Origin: Nostoc sp. DedSLP01
GTDB lineage: Bacteria; Cyanobacteriota; Cyanobacteriia; Cyanobacteriales; Nostocaceae
Assembly: GCA_034530875.2 (NCBI GenBank)
Contig: JAVRCJ020000002.1
Span: forward strand, 256,001 to 320,000
DNA length: 64,000 nucleotides
Direction of reading: 5' to 3'
How positions within the stretch are numbered: position 1 is the first letter of the stretch; every line of letters starts with the position of its first letter. Of this stretch, positions 31,843 to 42,044 are shown in pieces. The notes below the pieces were generated by a model. The model saw nothing but the letters and a program-made list of their open reading frames with translations. It ran no database searches and was not told the origin of the DNA. Position numbers and translations under genes: made by a program.

Positions 31843-31886
31843 GTTTATCTAGCCTGTATTAGATTTATAGGTTTCATACTGAATTG

Positions 31887-33461
31887 TTACTTCATAACTT
31901 CTAGGAGTTCGCTAGGTCTGTGAATTAAATAATCTGGATTTTGCTTGGCTAGTATTTCCGATGAATTAAAACCCCAAGTCACCGCTATAACTTGGATATT
32001 TGCTTTTTTTGATGCTTCTATATCTCTAGTTTCATCACCGACATAAATAACTTCTTCAGGTTTTAGCTGTTTTTGCTTTAATACATTATTGATAATTGTT
32101 GTTTTACCAAAAATTGTAATTCCTGAATATATAAAATCAAATAAGCCATCTAAACCATTGATATTGAGAAACTGGGTAACATTGTCTTTGGAATTAGAAG
32201 TGATTATTCCCAGCTTATATCCTTGAGTTTGCAGTTCTATTAATGCTTCTTTAATTCCTGGAATGGGTTTGAGTTCGGGGATTTTCTCTTTTAATTGCCC
32301 TTTCACCTTTTTCACGAGAAAAGGTATTTTAAACAGCGAAACTCCGGAATACTTAATAATTTCCCTTGATGTTAAGTTTTTCAGTAAAACTAATTCGTCT
32401 GGAGTTATTTGTACGTAACCAAAGTCTACAGCTAGACGATTAGCAATACTGACGAGGGCATCTACTGTATCTGCAATTGTGCCATCAAAATCAAAAATAA
32501 TTACTTTTTGGGTCATCTTTCGCCTAGATGCGTCAAGATTGGCTCGAGCGTTGCGTCGTAACATTTCTGGCTTAATCCGCCGTAAAGCGGATGCAGGAAA
32601 TCGTTTATCCCACTCCTCATCTGAGATTTTGGCTAATTCTAACAGTTGGGGAGCAAGATTCCCAGGATAAGGCCCAAACTCTGCGATATCAGTCGTCCGG
32701 GCAAAACGTTGATTCCAGGGACAAACATCTTGGCAAATATCACAACCAGCAACCCAGCCATTTAAATATGGCCTCAGTGCTGGTGGTAATTCTTCTGCCC
32801 GATTTTCAATTGTATGATAAGCAATGCAGCGATTCGCATCGACAACAAAAGGCTGAGTAATTGCACCGGTAGGACAAGCTTGAAGACAACGGGTACAAGT
32901 ACCGCAGTGTTCTGTATGGGGGCGATCGCTTTCTAGTTCCAAATTTGTCAAAACTTCCCCCAAAAACACCCAAGAACCATACTCGCGTGTAATTACATTA
33001 CCATTTTTAGCAATCCAACCAATTCCCGCTTGTTGCGCCCAAACTTTATCTTGCACTGGCCCCGTGTCTGCATAATAAATAGCCCGCACGCTTTCATCAA
33101 GCGATTCTAGCCAGGTGGCTATTCCTTTGAGTTTTTTATGCATTATCTTGTGATAATCTCTTCCCCAGCCATAACGAGAAATTTTGCCGTATTCCGTACC
33201 CTCGGGACGTTGATGTGGAGTGTAATAATTCAGTGCTACGCAAATTAGCGATCGCACTTCTGGCATTACTAAGCGAATATCCTGACGCTTGGGATTAGCC
33301 ATCCATTTCATATCGGCGTGATAACCCAAAGCCATCCATGCTTGTAACCTCTGTGCTTCTGTGGTATCTATCCTGTCTACAGCAGCAATCCCAATTTTAT
33401 GAAAGCCCAACTCGCTGGCTTTTTCTTTCACTACGCTGCTGGTTACGGAACACTGATTCAT
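31887..33461 (-). CDS. queG: Epoxyqueuosine reductase QueG fused in frame to a HAD-IA hydrolase
   Basis: ISRYGWGRDYH, CGTCTRCLQACP, GCDICQDVCPWN; from Met316 a HAD domain (FDFDGT, ITSN, K, YVGDETRD). Confidence 0.9.
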   Translation of the reverse strand: MNQCSVTSSVVKEKASELGFHKIGIAAVDRIDTTEAQRLQAWMALGYHADMKWMANPKRQDIRLVMPEVRSLICVALNYYTPHQRPEGTEYGKISRYGWGRDYHKIMHKKLKGIATWLESLDESVRAIYYADTGPVQDKVWAQQAGIGWIAKNGNVITREYGSWVFLGEVLTNLELESDRPHTEHCGTCTRCLQACPTGAITQPFVVDANRCIAYHTIENRAEELPPALRPYLNGWVAGCDICQDVCPWNQRFARTTDIAEFGPYPGNLAPQLLELAKISDEEWDKRFPASALRRIKPEMLRRNARANLDASRRKMTQKVIIFDFDGTIADTVDALVSIANRLAVDFGYVQITPDELVLLKNLTSREIIKYSGVSLFKIPFLVKKVKGQLKEKIPELKPIPGIKEALIELQTQGYKLGIITSNSKDNVTQFLNINGLDGLFDFIYSGITIFGKTTIINNVLKQKQLKPEEVIYVGDETRDIEASKKANIQVIAVTWGFNSSEILAKQNPDYLIHRPSELLEVMK

Positions 33462-33563
33462 TGTTTTATATTTAGATTTTGCCTAAGTAAAGGCGTATCA
33501 ATTTTACATTTTACGGAAACTTTCTTTGATGAATATTTGTTAATTATTAAATATTCATAACTT

Positions 33564-33599
33564 CAGAACCCGGACTTCTTAGAAGAAATCCGGGTTCTG
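33564..33599. repeat. Palindromic repeat CAGAACCCGGA...TCCGGGTTCTG
   Basis: Near-perfect inverted repeat in the queG/CTDH divergent gap. Confidence 0.7.
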
Positions 33600-33773
33600 T
33601 GTATTGAACATTTTATTTTTAATGAGGTTGACTTAAGAAAGCAAAATTCGTCTCCTCAAAACTTCCATCGCGAGAAAGATTCGTAAATATCTGGCAATCT
33701 ATCTCAATAGGGCTTTTTTTAAGCGGTTTTTGTATTCAAATTAATATTTAGCTAATATCATACAGATAATTTT

Positions 33774-34199
33774 ATGACCTTTACTGAATTTATACCCCCA
33801 GTACAGCCGAAAGTAGAATTCCAGATTGAGGGAATCACTCAAACGAGCGTACTGCGTTATTTTGAAACACTAAATACAGGAGAATTTGACGTCACTGCGA
33901 GCTTATTTGCCAGCGATGGTGTGATGCACCCACCATTTGAATCTGATATTGTTGGCCCAGAAGCGATCGCAGCTTATTTAAAGCAAGAAGCCCAAAATAT
34001 TAAAGCTTATCCCAATCAAGGAATAGCGGAGACTTTGGAAAACGGTAATCTCCAAGTCCAAGTTACAGGCAAAGCACAAACTTCTTGGTGCGGTGTAAAT
34101 GTCTTATGGCTATTTATCCTCAACCAACAAGGGCAGATTGCATATACTAGAGTCAAACTTTTAGCTTCACCTCAAGAGTTACTCTCGTTACGAAAGTAA
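33774..34199 (+). CDS. OCP C-terminal domain homolog (CTDH/CCP, NTF2-like carotenoid carrier)
   Basis: IEGI...LRYFETLN, LFASDGVMHPPFE, VTGKAQTSWCGVNVLW, KLLASPQELL. Confidence 0.88.
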   Translation: MTFTEFIPPVQPKVEFQIEGITQTSVLRYFETLNTGEFDVTASLFASDGVMHPPFESDIVGPEAIAAYLKQEAQNIKAYPNQGIAETLENGNLQVQVTGKAQTSWCGVNVLWLFILNQQGQIAYTRVKLLASPQELLSLRK

Positions 34200-34221
34200 C
34201 TAATTGCGATGCCAAACCTGC

Positions 34222-34647
34222 TCATTTAACTAATTCGGGTAAAGTAGCTTCTAGCTTCAGACAGTTAGCACCATCAATATGCAACTTGTAGTCTACTTTA
34301 TCCATCAGACGATTCATAATTAGCCAACCATAACCACCTTCTTGTTTTTCCACAGGGCTGGGAGCATAGTATGTAGACATGTCAAAGCCTTCGCCGTAGT
34401 CCCAAACTTCTAGTGCCAGATCTCGGTCTTGGAGTTCCAAGCGCAGTAAAATTGGCAAATTTGGTTTGTCTCTATGGGCGTGACGTACTGCATTTGAGTA
34501 GGCTTCTACTAAAGCTAATCGCAAACGACTCGATTGGCGCGACCAATCTACAGAATCTCCTAGCTGGATTTTCAAGCATCCCAGCAACCAGTTCTCAACA
34601 ATATTGAGAAAATTTAAATCACTTGGTACGTGAAGCTCACTTTTCAT
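34222..34647 (-). CDS. hmpW: RsbW-like Ser/Thr kinase/anti-sigma factor (probable HmpW)
   Basis: EAYSNAVRHA, WDYGEGF, EGGYGW; downstream of a REC-GAF-PP2C gene. Symbol rests on recalled N. punctiforme synteny. Confidence 0.6.
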   Translation of the reverse strand: MKSELHVPSDLNFLNIVENWLLGCLKIQLGDSVDWSRQSSRLRLALVEAYSNAVRHAHRDKPNLPILLRLELQDRDLALEVWDYGEGFDMSTYYAPSPVEKQEGGYGWLIMNRLMDKVDYKLHIDGANCLKLEATLPELVK

Positions 34648-34650
34648 TAC

Positions 34651-36324
34651 TTACAAAATCTCCAGCGAGAGTATAGTTTGATCGTCTTCTTGGACGTGGT
34701 TATCTGCTTGGATACGAGCTAGTAAATGGTTAAGAGAAAGTGGTTTTTCCTCTTGTTGCAGGAGCTGCCAAAGCCCGTCTTGATTCAGCATAGAACGATC
34801 GATTGACTCAACGCCAGACCCGGTTTTTGCTGAGCCATTTGAATCATTAAATACCATTGCTTCTGTAATACCATCACTAGTTAGTAACAGTGTGTCTCCA
34901 GGAGCGAGAACCAAGTTACAAGATTGTGCTTGCCATTTGGGTAATATCCCCAAAGGAACGCTGCGGACTTTGAGGTAATTGGGACTATCGGCTGATGTTG
35001 CTTTGTGCGACCATAACAATGGGTAGATATGGCCAGCATTAGTGTAAACAAGCTCCCTAGTGCTAGGGGTATAACAGGCTAACACAAGAGTTATAAAATA
35101 ATTATTGCTAATCAAGTCTTCACTTAAAGCGTGGTTCAGGTTCTGCATGACCACATTTGGCAGGGCTGGCGCTTCTTGAGATAGTTCCCGACGCAAAACA
35201 GAAATTACACTCGCCATAAATAAAGCTGCTGGCACACCTTTACCAGAAACATCACCTACAGCCAGCCACAAGTCGCCTTTGGGATGGACAAATACTTCAA
35301 AAAAATCTCCTCCGACTTCCCGCGCGGGGTAGCAGCAAGCTTGTACCTTGACACCTTTAATATCAGGTAAACTTTGGCGTAGCAGGTTGTATTGAATTTG
35401 GCGAGCCACCTCTAATTCATTGTGAATCTGCCGTTGTTTTTCCTGGAGGCGTTGGTAGAGTTTTGCTTGAGACAGAGCCAAGGCTGCTTGTTCGGCAACG
35501 CCAACAATCAGTTGGATATCTTCGTCTTGCCAAGGGAGGTCGCGTCCCCATTGATGGAGAGCCAATACAGCCACCAAATGCTGTTGGTAGCTAAGTGGCA
35601 CCACTAGATGATGACAAGGGTTACCGTCGTATATTTCCTGAGCAAGTTGATAATCGCGGGTTTGTAGAACTTTTTCAATTAAAGGATTGGTGTCGAAAGC
35701 GCAATCCACAACCTCCGATTGAGGATCGTGGTATGAGAATAGCTCCGGTGTAAGGCGATCGCCTTCTGTTGGTCTGAGCAAGCAGCTGGTGGCTTCAAAT
35801 GTTTCTCCGATAGTTGCTACAGTCTTTTGCAACATACTGTCGTAGTCTAAAGACTCGCGGATTGCCGTTGTCACCGCATTAAACAAGGATTCTCGCCGTA
35901 ATGCCCGACGCAACTCTTGGGTGCGCTTCTTCACTAAACGGTATGTATCCGTAGCTTGTTCAACTAATGCCCTCAGTCGCTCTGGATTCCAGGGTTTGGT
36001 GATGTACTTGAACACCTGACCGGAGTTAATCGCATCCACTAAATCTTCCACATCAGTAAAACCAGTTAACAAAATCCGAATCGTGTCCGGATACCGTTCT
36101 ACTGTGCGGCTAAAAAATTCGCTGCCACTCATTTCTGGCATTCTTTGGTCAGAAATAATCACAGCCATCTCGCCCACTTTGTCCAAAATTTCCAAAGCAC
36201 CCATCGCATGATTTGCTTTGTAAACTTGAAAATCTCGTCTAAAAGTGCGGTAGAGTAAATCTAAGTTATCCGGCTCATCGTCTACCACCATGAGCTTCAG
36301 TTTGTCCACCCCTGTCTCAGCCAT
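34651..36324 (-). CDS. hmpU: REC-GAF-PP2C (SpoIIE/RsbU) phosphatase (probable HmpU)
   Basis: REC (VDDE, SDQRMP), GAF, PP2C (VGGDFF, GDVSGKG, SDGITEA, DDQT). Confidence 0.6.
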   Translation of the reverse strand: MAETGVDKLKLMVVDDEPDNLDLLYRTFRRDFQVYKANHAMGALEILDKVGEMAVIISDQRMPEMSGSEFFSRTVERYPDTIRILLTGFTDVEDLVDAINSGQVFKYITKPWNPERLRALVEQATDTYRLVKKRTQELRRALRRESLFNAVTTAIRESLDYDSMLQKTVATIGETFEATSCLLRPTEGDRLTPELFSYHDPQSEVVDCAFDTNPLIEKVLQTRDYQLAQEIYDGNPCHHLVVPLSYQQHLVAVLALHQWGRDLPWQDEDIQLIVGVAEQAALALSQAKLYQRLQEKQRQIHNELEVARQIQYNLLRQSLPDIKGVKVQACCYPAREVGGDFFEVFVHPKGDLWLAVGDVSGKGVPAALFMASVISVLRRELSQEAPALPNVVMQNLNHALSEDLISNNYFITLVLACYTPSTRELVYTNAGHIYPLLWSHKATSADSPNYLKVRSVPLGILPKWQAQSCNLVLAPGDTLLLTSDGITEAMVFNDSNGSAKTGSGVESIDRSMLNQDGLWQLLQQEEKPLSLNHLLARIQADNHVQEDDQTILSLEIL

Positions 36325-36481
36325 ATTTGACTTTATTTTTCAACTATGTTTAGTGGCGAGATAGTACGATGTTTATCCCACCTGATAACTAACGAAAATT
36401 TAGAACTAATCATTCTCAACAGCTTTCAGTTATCAGTGTTTGAAACCTTGATAACTGTTGACTGTTAGCTGAATTGAACTT

Positions 36482-37207
36482 TTATCCCACTAACCCAGAA
36501 CGCAAAGCGCGGACTGCTGCTTGGGTGCGGTCATCGGCACATAGCTTATTCAAAATATTGCGGACGTGAGTTTTAACAGTGCCAACAGTAATGTAAAGTC
36601 TTTCCGCAATGACTGCATTGCTACAACCTTCGACAATCAACTGTAACACTTCTAACTCCCTTTCTGTCAGGGTGTAGGGTTCAATTCCTTCCAGATTTTC
36701 CGCAACATCAGGGTTAGGAGCAACGGGTTTGCTATCTACAAAAGCCGATTCCGACTTTTGCGGATTTTGTTGCGCTTGTTGTAATACAATTCGAGCGATC
36801 GCCGGATCGATCCACGCGTTGCCATTGTAAGTGACTCGTACTGCTTCCAGCAAATTGTCAAATTTGATATCCTTCATACAGTAAGAGTCTGCCCCAGCAG
36901 CAAAAGCCGCCAACACCGCTTCTCTATTATCCCGTAGTGTCAAAATTAACACTTTTGTGCTTAACTCTTCGCTATTAGTAGTAGATTTTACCTCCCGTGT
37001 CAACTCAATGCCATCTTTATCTGGTAAACCAATATCTACTATGGCAATATCTGGTTGTAGCATTTTTAACATCTTTAAACCCTCAGTGGCATTGGCAGCT
37101 TCCCCTACAACTTCAATTTCACCCTTTTGTAGTAGCGCTGTCCGAATTCCCACACGAGTCAGATCGTGATCTTCAATCAGAGCGATACGAATTTTACTCA
37201 TAGCCAA
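36482..37207 (-). CDS. NarL/LuxR-family response regulator
   Basis: REC (IEDH, VDIGLP) plus LTERELEVL..TVKTHVRNILNKL. Confidence 0.93.
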   Translation of the reverse strand: MAMSKIRIALIEDHDLTRVGIRTALLQKGEIEVVGEAANATEGLKMLKMLQPDIAIVDIGLPDKDGIELTREVKSTTNSEELSTKVLILTLRDNREAVLAAFAAGADSYCMKDIKFDNLLEAVRVTYNGNAWIDPAIARIVLQQAQQNPQKSESAFVDSKPVAPNPDVAENLEGIEPYTLTERELEVLQLIVEGCSNAVIAERLYITVGTVKTHVRNILNKLCADDRTQAAVRALRSGLVG

Positions 37208-38021
37208 CTTCAGCCCGTTACACTACCTTAACTGTAAAGTCGAGTTTAGTGACATACTCCTACACTATTGTCTTTATCGTTCATATCAAAGCATGTGTGT
37301 TAATCTCGTCTTTTCCTAGCTTTGGCATCCATACTCTTCAGGTGCGTTTAAATTTACCAGTCATTTTTAACCGCCTTAGAAGTTCTAGACGCGCTGCTAG
37401 GGATAGCAATTTTTTACCATCCAATCCTGCCGTCTTACAAACTCGATCGTCTAGCAGACACTTTTAGCTATTACTGCCAAAAGTTTTAACAGGTGCAGAT
37501 AAAAGACATCTGTGTATGGAGGTGTCACACTTGAGCAACTCAAATTCTACGTTGACAAGCAACACAGTGCTGACAATTAAGGGACATTAAGTATCCTTAA
37601 ATTGTCCCGCAATTCCCCATCACAGCCAACGCTTTGGGCGTGGTGTACTACCCTAGTGGAGGTCTGGAAATGCAATTTGAGTAAAGCTAATATTTAAGGG
37701 TATTACGACTGGCACAGGCATTGATTACCCTTGTCAACATTAGACTTTAGGAATAAAATTGCAACAAAATTGCGACTGGTTTAGTCAAAGTACGAGCGCC
37801 CAAGACTTATTAGTTTAATTATGCGTTCTATTGTTGCAGCTGTTGCTCTTTGAGATAACAGGCGCTCATACCGTAGGGTTAGGAAGTTGCTTTCATGCCT
37901 CACCCCTACCTTAATGACACAAACCAGAGTGGCTACTGTTAAATTCTTCTTTGATAAAAATATTTGATAAACTTAACATTCAAGGAAATGTGGTGTAACA
38001 TTAATCAAAAAAATAGGCAAT

Positions 38022-38777
38022 ATGTCTAAATCGCCTGAAGCATTTTCAGTATTGGGAATACCAGTTCATGTGATGGCTAACTATCCAGGCTGGTTGTTAG
38101 AATGCTTGCAACAAGGCAGAGGAACTCATGTGGTAACGCTCAATGCAGAAATGACTATGCAGGCAGAGCGAAACAAATTCCTCGCTGAGACTATTAAAAA
38201 TGCCGAACTAGTTATTCCAGATGGAGCTGGCGTTGTTCTGTATTTACGTTGGCTGTTATGGCAAAAAGTACAGCGTTTTCCGGGAATTGAATTAGCAGAA
38301 AAGCTTTTGCAAGAATTGGGAGAGCGTAAGACAGGGGCAAAAGTCTTTTTCTATGGTGCCGCGCCTGGAGTAGCAGCAAAAGCAGCAGAGTTTTGGCAGC
38401 AACAAGTTCCAGATTTGAATATAGTAGGTACTCACTCAGGCTACCATTCCGCACAAGAGGAAGAACAATTACGTCAAACTCTGGCGGAGTTACAGCCACA
38501 AGTGATTTTTGTAGGTTTAGGAGTGCCGCGTCAAGAATTATGGATTGCCCAAAATCGGCATTTATGTCCTCAAGCAATTTGGATTGGCGTCGGTGGTAGT
38601 TTTGATATTTGGTCTGGTACTAAAACTCGCGCTCCGGCTTGGTTAGGAAATAACAATTTGGAATGGCTATATCGGTTATATCAAGAACCTTGGCGCTGGC
38701 GTCGGATGTTGGCTTTACCGGAGTTTGCTCTCAAAGCCTTTGTTTATCGCTGGACTGCAAGGAATGCAATTAATTAA
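38022..38777 (+). CDS. WecB/TagA/CpsF glycosyltransferase (GT26)
   Basis: VTLNAE, IPDGAG, GLGVPRQE, GVGGSFD, RAP..LEWLYRL. Confidence 0.93.
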   Translation: MSKSPEAFSVLGIPVHVMANYPGWLLECLQQGRGTHVVTLNAEMTMQAERNKFLAETIKNAELVIPDGAGVVLYLRWLLWQKVQRFPGIELAEKLLQELGERKTGAKVFFYGAAPGVAAKAAEFWQQQVPDLNIVGTHSGYHSAQEEEQLRQTLAELQPQVIFVGLGVPRQELWIAQNRHLCPQAIWIGVGGSFDIWSGTKTRAPAWLGNNNLEWLYRLYQEPWRWRRMLALPEFALKAFVYRWTARNAIN

Positions 38778-38900
38778 GTGGGGAGATGGGGAGATAGGGA
38801 GTGTGGGGAGTGTGGGGAGAAAGAGAATTTATGCCCCCTCTCTTCCCACACCTCCCACACCTCCCACACTTCCCAATGCCCTATGCCCTATGCCCTATCT
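38778..38900. repeat. Composite STRR region (GGGAGT/GGGAGA arms, CCCACAC and CCCTATG arms)
   Basis: Tandem 7-9-mers with complementary arms. Confidence 0.75.
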
Positions 38901-39055
38901 TACTACTTAGCTAAATACTGAAGTCTTCAACAAATTTTAAATTTCTCTGTTGAATTTGAAATTCCCAGGCAAAACCTGGGAATTCTGATTTTGAGGGAAA
39001 TGTGAAATCTAAAGAAAGCAAAGTGTTTGGTTGTGGGTATGAGGAAACTTTAACA

Positions 39056-39802
39056 ATGCCTGTATTAACAAGTGAAGTTCAGACAGAGAAATCCGTCGAT
39101 AAACACAACAGTGAAACTCAACAGCAAATTAGTAATACTCCTGTCAAGATAAAATTACAATCTGTAAATAAGACTTATGCTAATGGCTCTCATGCCTTGT
39201 TGGATGCGAACCTTGAGGTTAAAAAAGGAGAATTTGTGTTTATCACAGGGGCAAGCGGTTCTGGTAAATCAACGCTTTTAAAGCTGCTTTACGGTCAGGA
39301 GTTACCCACACAGGGAGAAGTAATTGTTGATGACTGTAATGTAGCTGCTTTAAGGGGCGATCGCTTGTCATTATTGCGGCGACGTATTGGCATTATTTTT
39401 CAAGACTACAAACTAATTACCCAACGCACAGTAGCCGAAAATGTGACTTTTGTACTCCAAGCTCAAGGGTATACCCGTAAAGAAATTCAACGCCGTTTAG
39501 AACCAACTTTGAAGTTGGTAGGTTTACTCAAAAAAGCTGACTGCTTTCCCGATCAATTGTCTGGGGGAGAGCAACAGCGGGTAAGTATTGCGAGAGCCAT
39601 CGTTAGCACGCCGCCACTGCTGTTAGCCGATGAACCAACGGGAAATCTCGATCCAGATAATTCCTGGCAAGTTATACAAATTCTCCAAAAATTAAATTCC
39701 TTTGGCGCTACCGTAATTGTTACCACCCACGACGAACAACTGGTGCGCCGCTGCAATCATCCAGTAGTCCAAGTTCGTAATGGAAGACTGTATCGAAAAT
39801 AA
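39056..39802 (+). CDS. ftsE: Cell division ATP-binding protein FtsE
   Basis: GASGSGKST, RRRIGIIFQDYKL, LSGGEQQRV, ADEPTGNLD. Confidence 0.92.
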   Translation: MPVLTSEVQTEKSVDKHNSETQQQISNTPVKIKLQSVNKTYANGSHALLDANLEVKKGEFVFITGASGSGKSTLLKLLYGQELPTQGEVIVDDCNVAALRGDRLSLLRRRIGIIFQDYKLITQRTVAENVTFVLQAQGYTRKEIQRRLEPTLKLVGLLKKADCFPDQLSGGEQQRVSIARAIVSTPPLLLADEPTGNLDPDNSWQVIQILQKLNSFGATVIVTTHDEQLVRRCNHPVVQVRNGRLYRK

Positions 39803-39874
39803 TTATTGGGCATTGGGCAGGGAGTAGGGAGTAGGGGAAGAAAAAACTAATGACCAATGACTAATGACTAATGA

Positions 39875-40627
39875 CTAATAAACACGTTGTTTGAGTTTTG
39901 CTGATACGGGTATGAAAGTTTTGGCTGTTTTAGGCGGTAGAACTTGTAAGCGATCGCACTCTTGCAGAGTTTTAAAAGCTGCGTCTCTAATGGCAACTTC
40001 TTCTTCTCGGCTCAGCAGGAGTTGCAAGCATTGGACTATATCTTCCTGTACTGAAGAATCTACTCGCTTGCGAACTATGGATTTAGCGAGCTGACGCACG
40101 GCAATTAACCGCTTTAATGGATCTTTTTCTGTTAAATCAACTAACAACTGCTCTACGCGGTCTTCTTCTCGGTTTCCATAAAAGTTGACAATTTGCCATA
40201 CCAATAAAATTAAAGTCAATAGGGTTCCTACACCTTGCAAAATTGCACCAGTAGCAATCCATCGGCTGTGAGAGTCAACCCAAATTGCAGCGGCTATGTA
40301 AGTACTGACAGTAGCAACGCCACCACTGACAACTGCTAAGACTAACTGACGGTTTGAACTGTTTAAAAACTCACGTATTTTAGACCAGCGTAATTGCCAG
40401 TCCCACTGCTGCATTGAGTAAACCAATACCATTACTCCGACGCCTACCAAAAGAGCCAATAGCAGTTTCCAGTTCCACAAGAGCATGGCAACGACGATTG
40501 TCAAGAAGCCAAGAAAGACTCCTGGCTCAGAGAAGCGTTTAAAAGTTTGCTGTTTAAAGTTTCCTCCTAACTTGAAAATCGGGAGTAGTGAGTGGGAATT
40601 AGGGAGTAGGGTATGTTCCTTTTTCAT
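39875..40627 (-). CDS. Conserved membrane protein with C-terminal HEAT-like repeat; original start probably 40732, separated by an in-frame TAG
   Basis: Four TM segments then LTEKDPLKRLIAVRQL; upstream in-frame GTG ORF interrupted at 40679-40681. Confidence 0.7.
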   Translation of the reverse strand: MKKEHTLLPNSHSLLPIFKLGGNFKQQTFKRFSEPGVFLGFLTIVVAMLLWNWKLLLALLVGVGVMVLVYSMQQWDWQLRWSKIREFLNSSNRQLVLAVVSGGVATVSTYIAAAIWVDSHSRWIATGAILQGVGTLLTLILLVWQIVNFYGNREEDRVEQLLVDLTEKDPLKRLIAVRQLAKSIVRKRVDSSVQEDIVQCLQLLLSREEEVAIRDAAFKTLQECDRLQVLPPKTAKTFIPVSAKLKQRVY

Positions 40628-40949
40628 ATTTGGTTGTCGGTTTTTCCCGCGATCGGCTGTCTTGAGCTTTGGAAGCGACTAACTAAGGATCTGGTCGATC
40701 GCTTGCTGCCAACAATACGAAGCTTGTACCACGGTCTTTACCTACTTGCTTACAAAATTACTTATTTTATAAGTTTTACTAGAGCCTAAGAAAGTAGCAA
40801 GCATCCCAAACTGGTAAAAATACCGAGGGATGATAAATTTCATCCTAGTTTTTACGGTTCGGGAGATGTACGAACAATATATTCTACAAGAATACCCGGA
40901 GTCTGACGAGTAAGCTTAATTTTGTTACTGAGTTTTTAACGTTTTCAGT

Positions 40950-41552
40950 TTAGAGACAAAAACAAAAGTCATCAAGGGTGAACTGACCATCAAAAGCACA
41001 GAAGGTAACGCTGTAGATGTTATTCGCAGCTATAGATAATAAGGTGTTGGGAGAAATTGCTGAGTCAGAATTGGCAAGATTGGCGCTTGATAGTACGCTT
41101 TGTCCAAGGAGCTGGCGATCGCGATCGTAAGCCGAAAGCACTAACCGCTGCGAACTAGTGACAAAAGCGCTAACTGAGTTAACGGGATGCAAGAAAGTAG
41201 CTTCCAAAAATCCGCCTTTAGGCGCTCCCATTAAAACTGTCAGCCCTGAATGGCTTGGAAATGCTGGATTTGATGGCTGTATTGCTAAAGAATTGTGAAA
41301 AATGACTCCCCAGTGTTCGTACTGGCGTTCTACTGCTTCAAAACATTTCAAATCTTCAAAGTCTAAACAAATATAAGTAGGTACAGTCAGGTTGGCAATG
41401 TCAATACTTGGCTCGGCCGGCTCGCGGCGAGATGAAGCTTTAATTTGATTTTGTATTTTAAAGTTGTCAAGCGCAAATTTAGGGTCTTCAATCCTTGGTA
41501 GTGTATTTGATTGAAGAGTAGCCTGTTTTACCATGACATTCCGCCTTACCAT
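40950..41552 (-). CDS. Hypothetical protein (beta-rich C-terminal domain)
   Basis: 200-aa ORF, CLDFEDL...FTLDDFCF. Confidence 0.7.
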   Translation of the reverse strand: MVRRNVMVKQATLQSNTLPRIEDPKFALDNFKIQNQIKASSRREPAEPSIDIANLTVPTYICLDFEDLKCFEAVERQYEHWGVIFHNSLAIQPSNPAFPSHSGLTVLMGAPKGGFLEATFLHPVNSVSAFVTSSQRLVLSAYDRDRQLLGQSVLSSANLANSDSAISPNTLLSIAANNIYSVTFCAFDGQFTLDDFCFCL

Positions 41553-42044
41553 TACCTAGAGAATAATCAGATTAGTAATATATCAAAAGCTATTCTTTTG
41601 AGATGCAGAAGTAGAATCAATAGCTTATTAAAATCAGCGTTTTGACTATTCTTGACGCTCAAAATTATTTATCAGTTTGTTGATAGAGTATCATAAAAAA
41701 CTTATCTGTATTTTTAGCAGAGTAATGCTCGTTACTACGGTAAACTCTGAAAATATAGTATTTTCAAGGGTTTTTTCTACATAAGTGTGAAAAAAATAAC
41801 ACCGAATCTTTATAACTAATTCGGTAATTTTACATCTACTTAATCTGACTAACGTCAGAAGTCCTAGAGTCATTGATTCGCGGATAATAAATCTGTGGGA
41901 GACACAGCAAAGTAAAAATATGATGACGCAAACACAGAACAAGATGTAGAGATGTAAAGAGTAATTTCTCAGTGTTCCGGCGTCCCCATGTCTGAGGGTC
42001 TCTCCTGTTACCCATGTTAATGATTAGAGTCAAGAAGAATATTT

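Noticed and set aside
31877..31890. NtcA box for ntcB
   Set aside because: Reads GTA-N8-GTA on the minus strand, not GTA-N8-TAC.
34222..37207. Partner-switching module lacking a STAS gene as a new system
   Set aside because: Matches the described hormogonium Hmp partner-switch arrangement, whose STAS gene is recalled to be elsewhere.
13839..39802. ftsX and ftsE separated by about 24 kb as a rearrangement
   Set aside because: As far as I recall these genes are commonly unlinked in cyanobacteria; not evidence of novelty.
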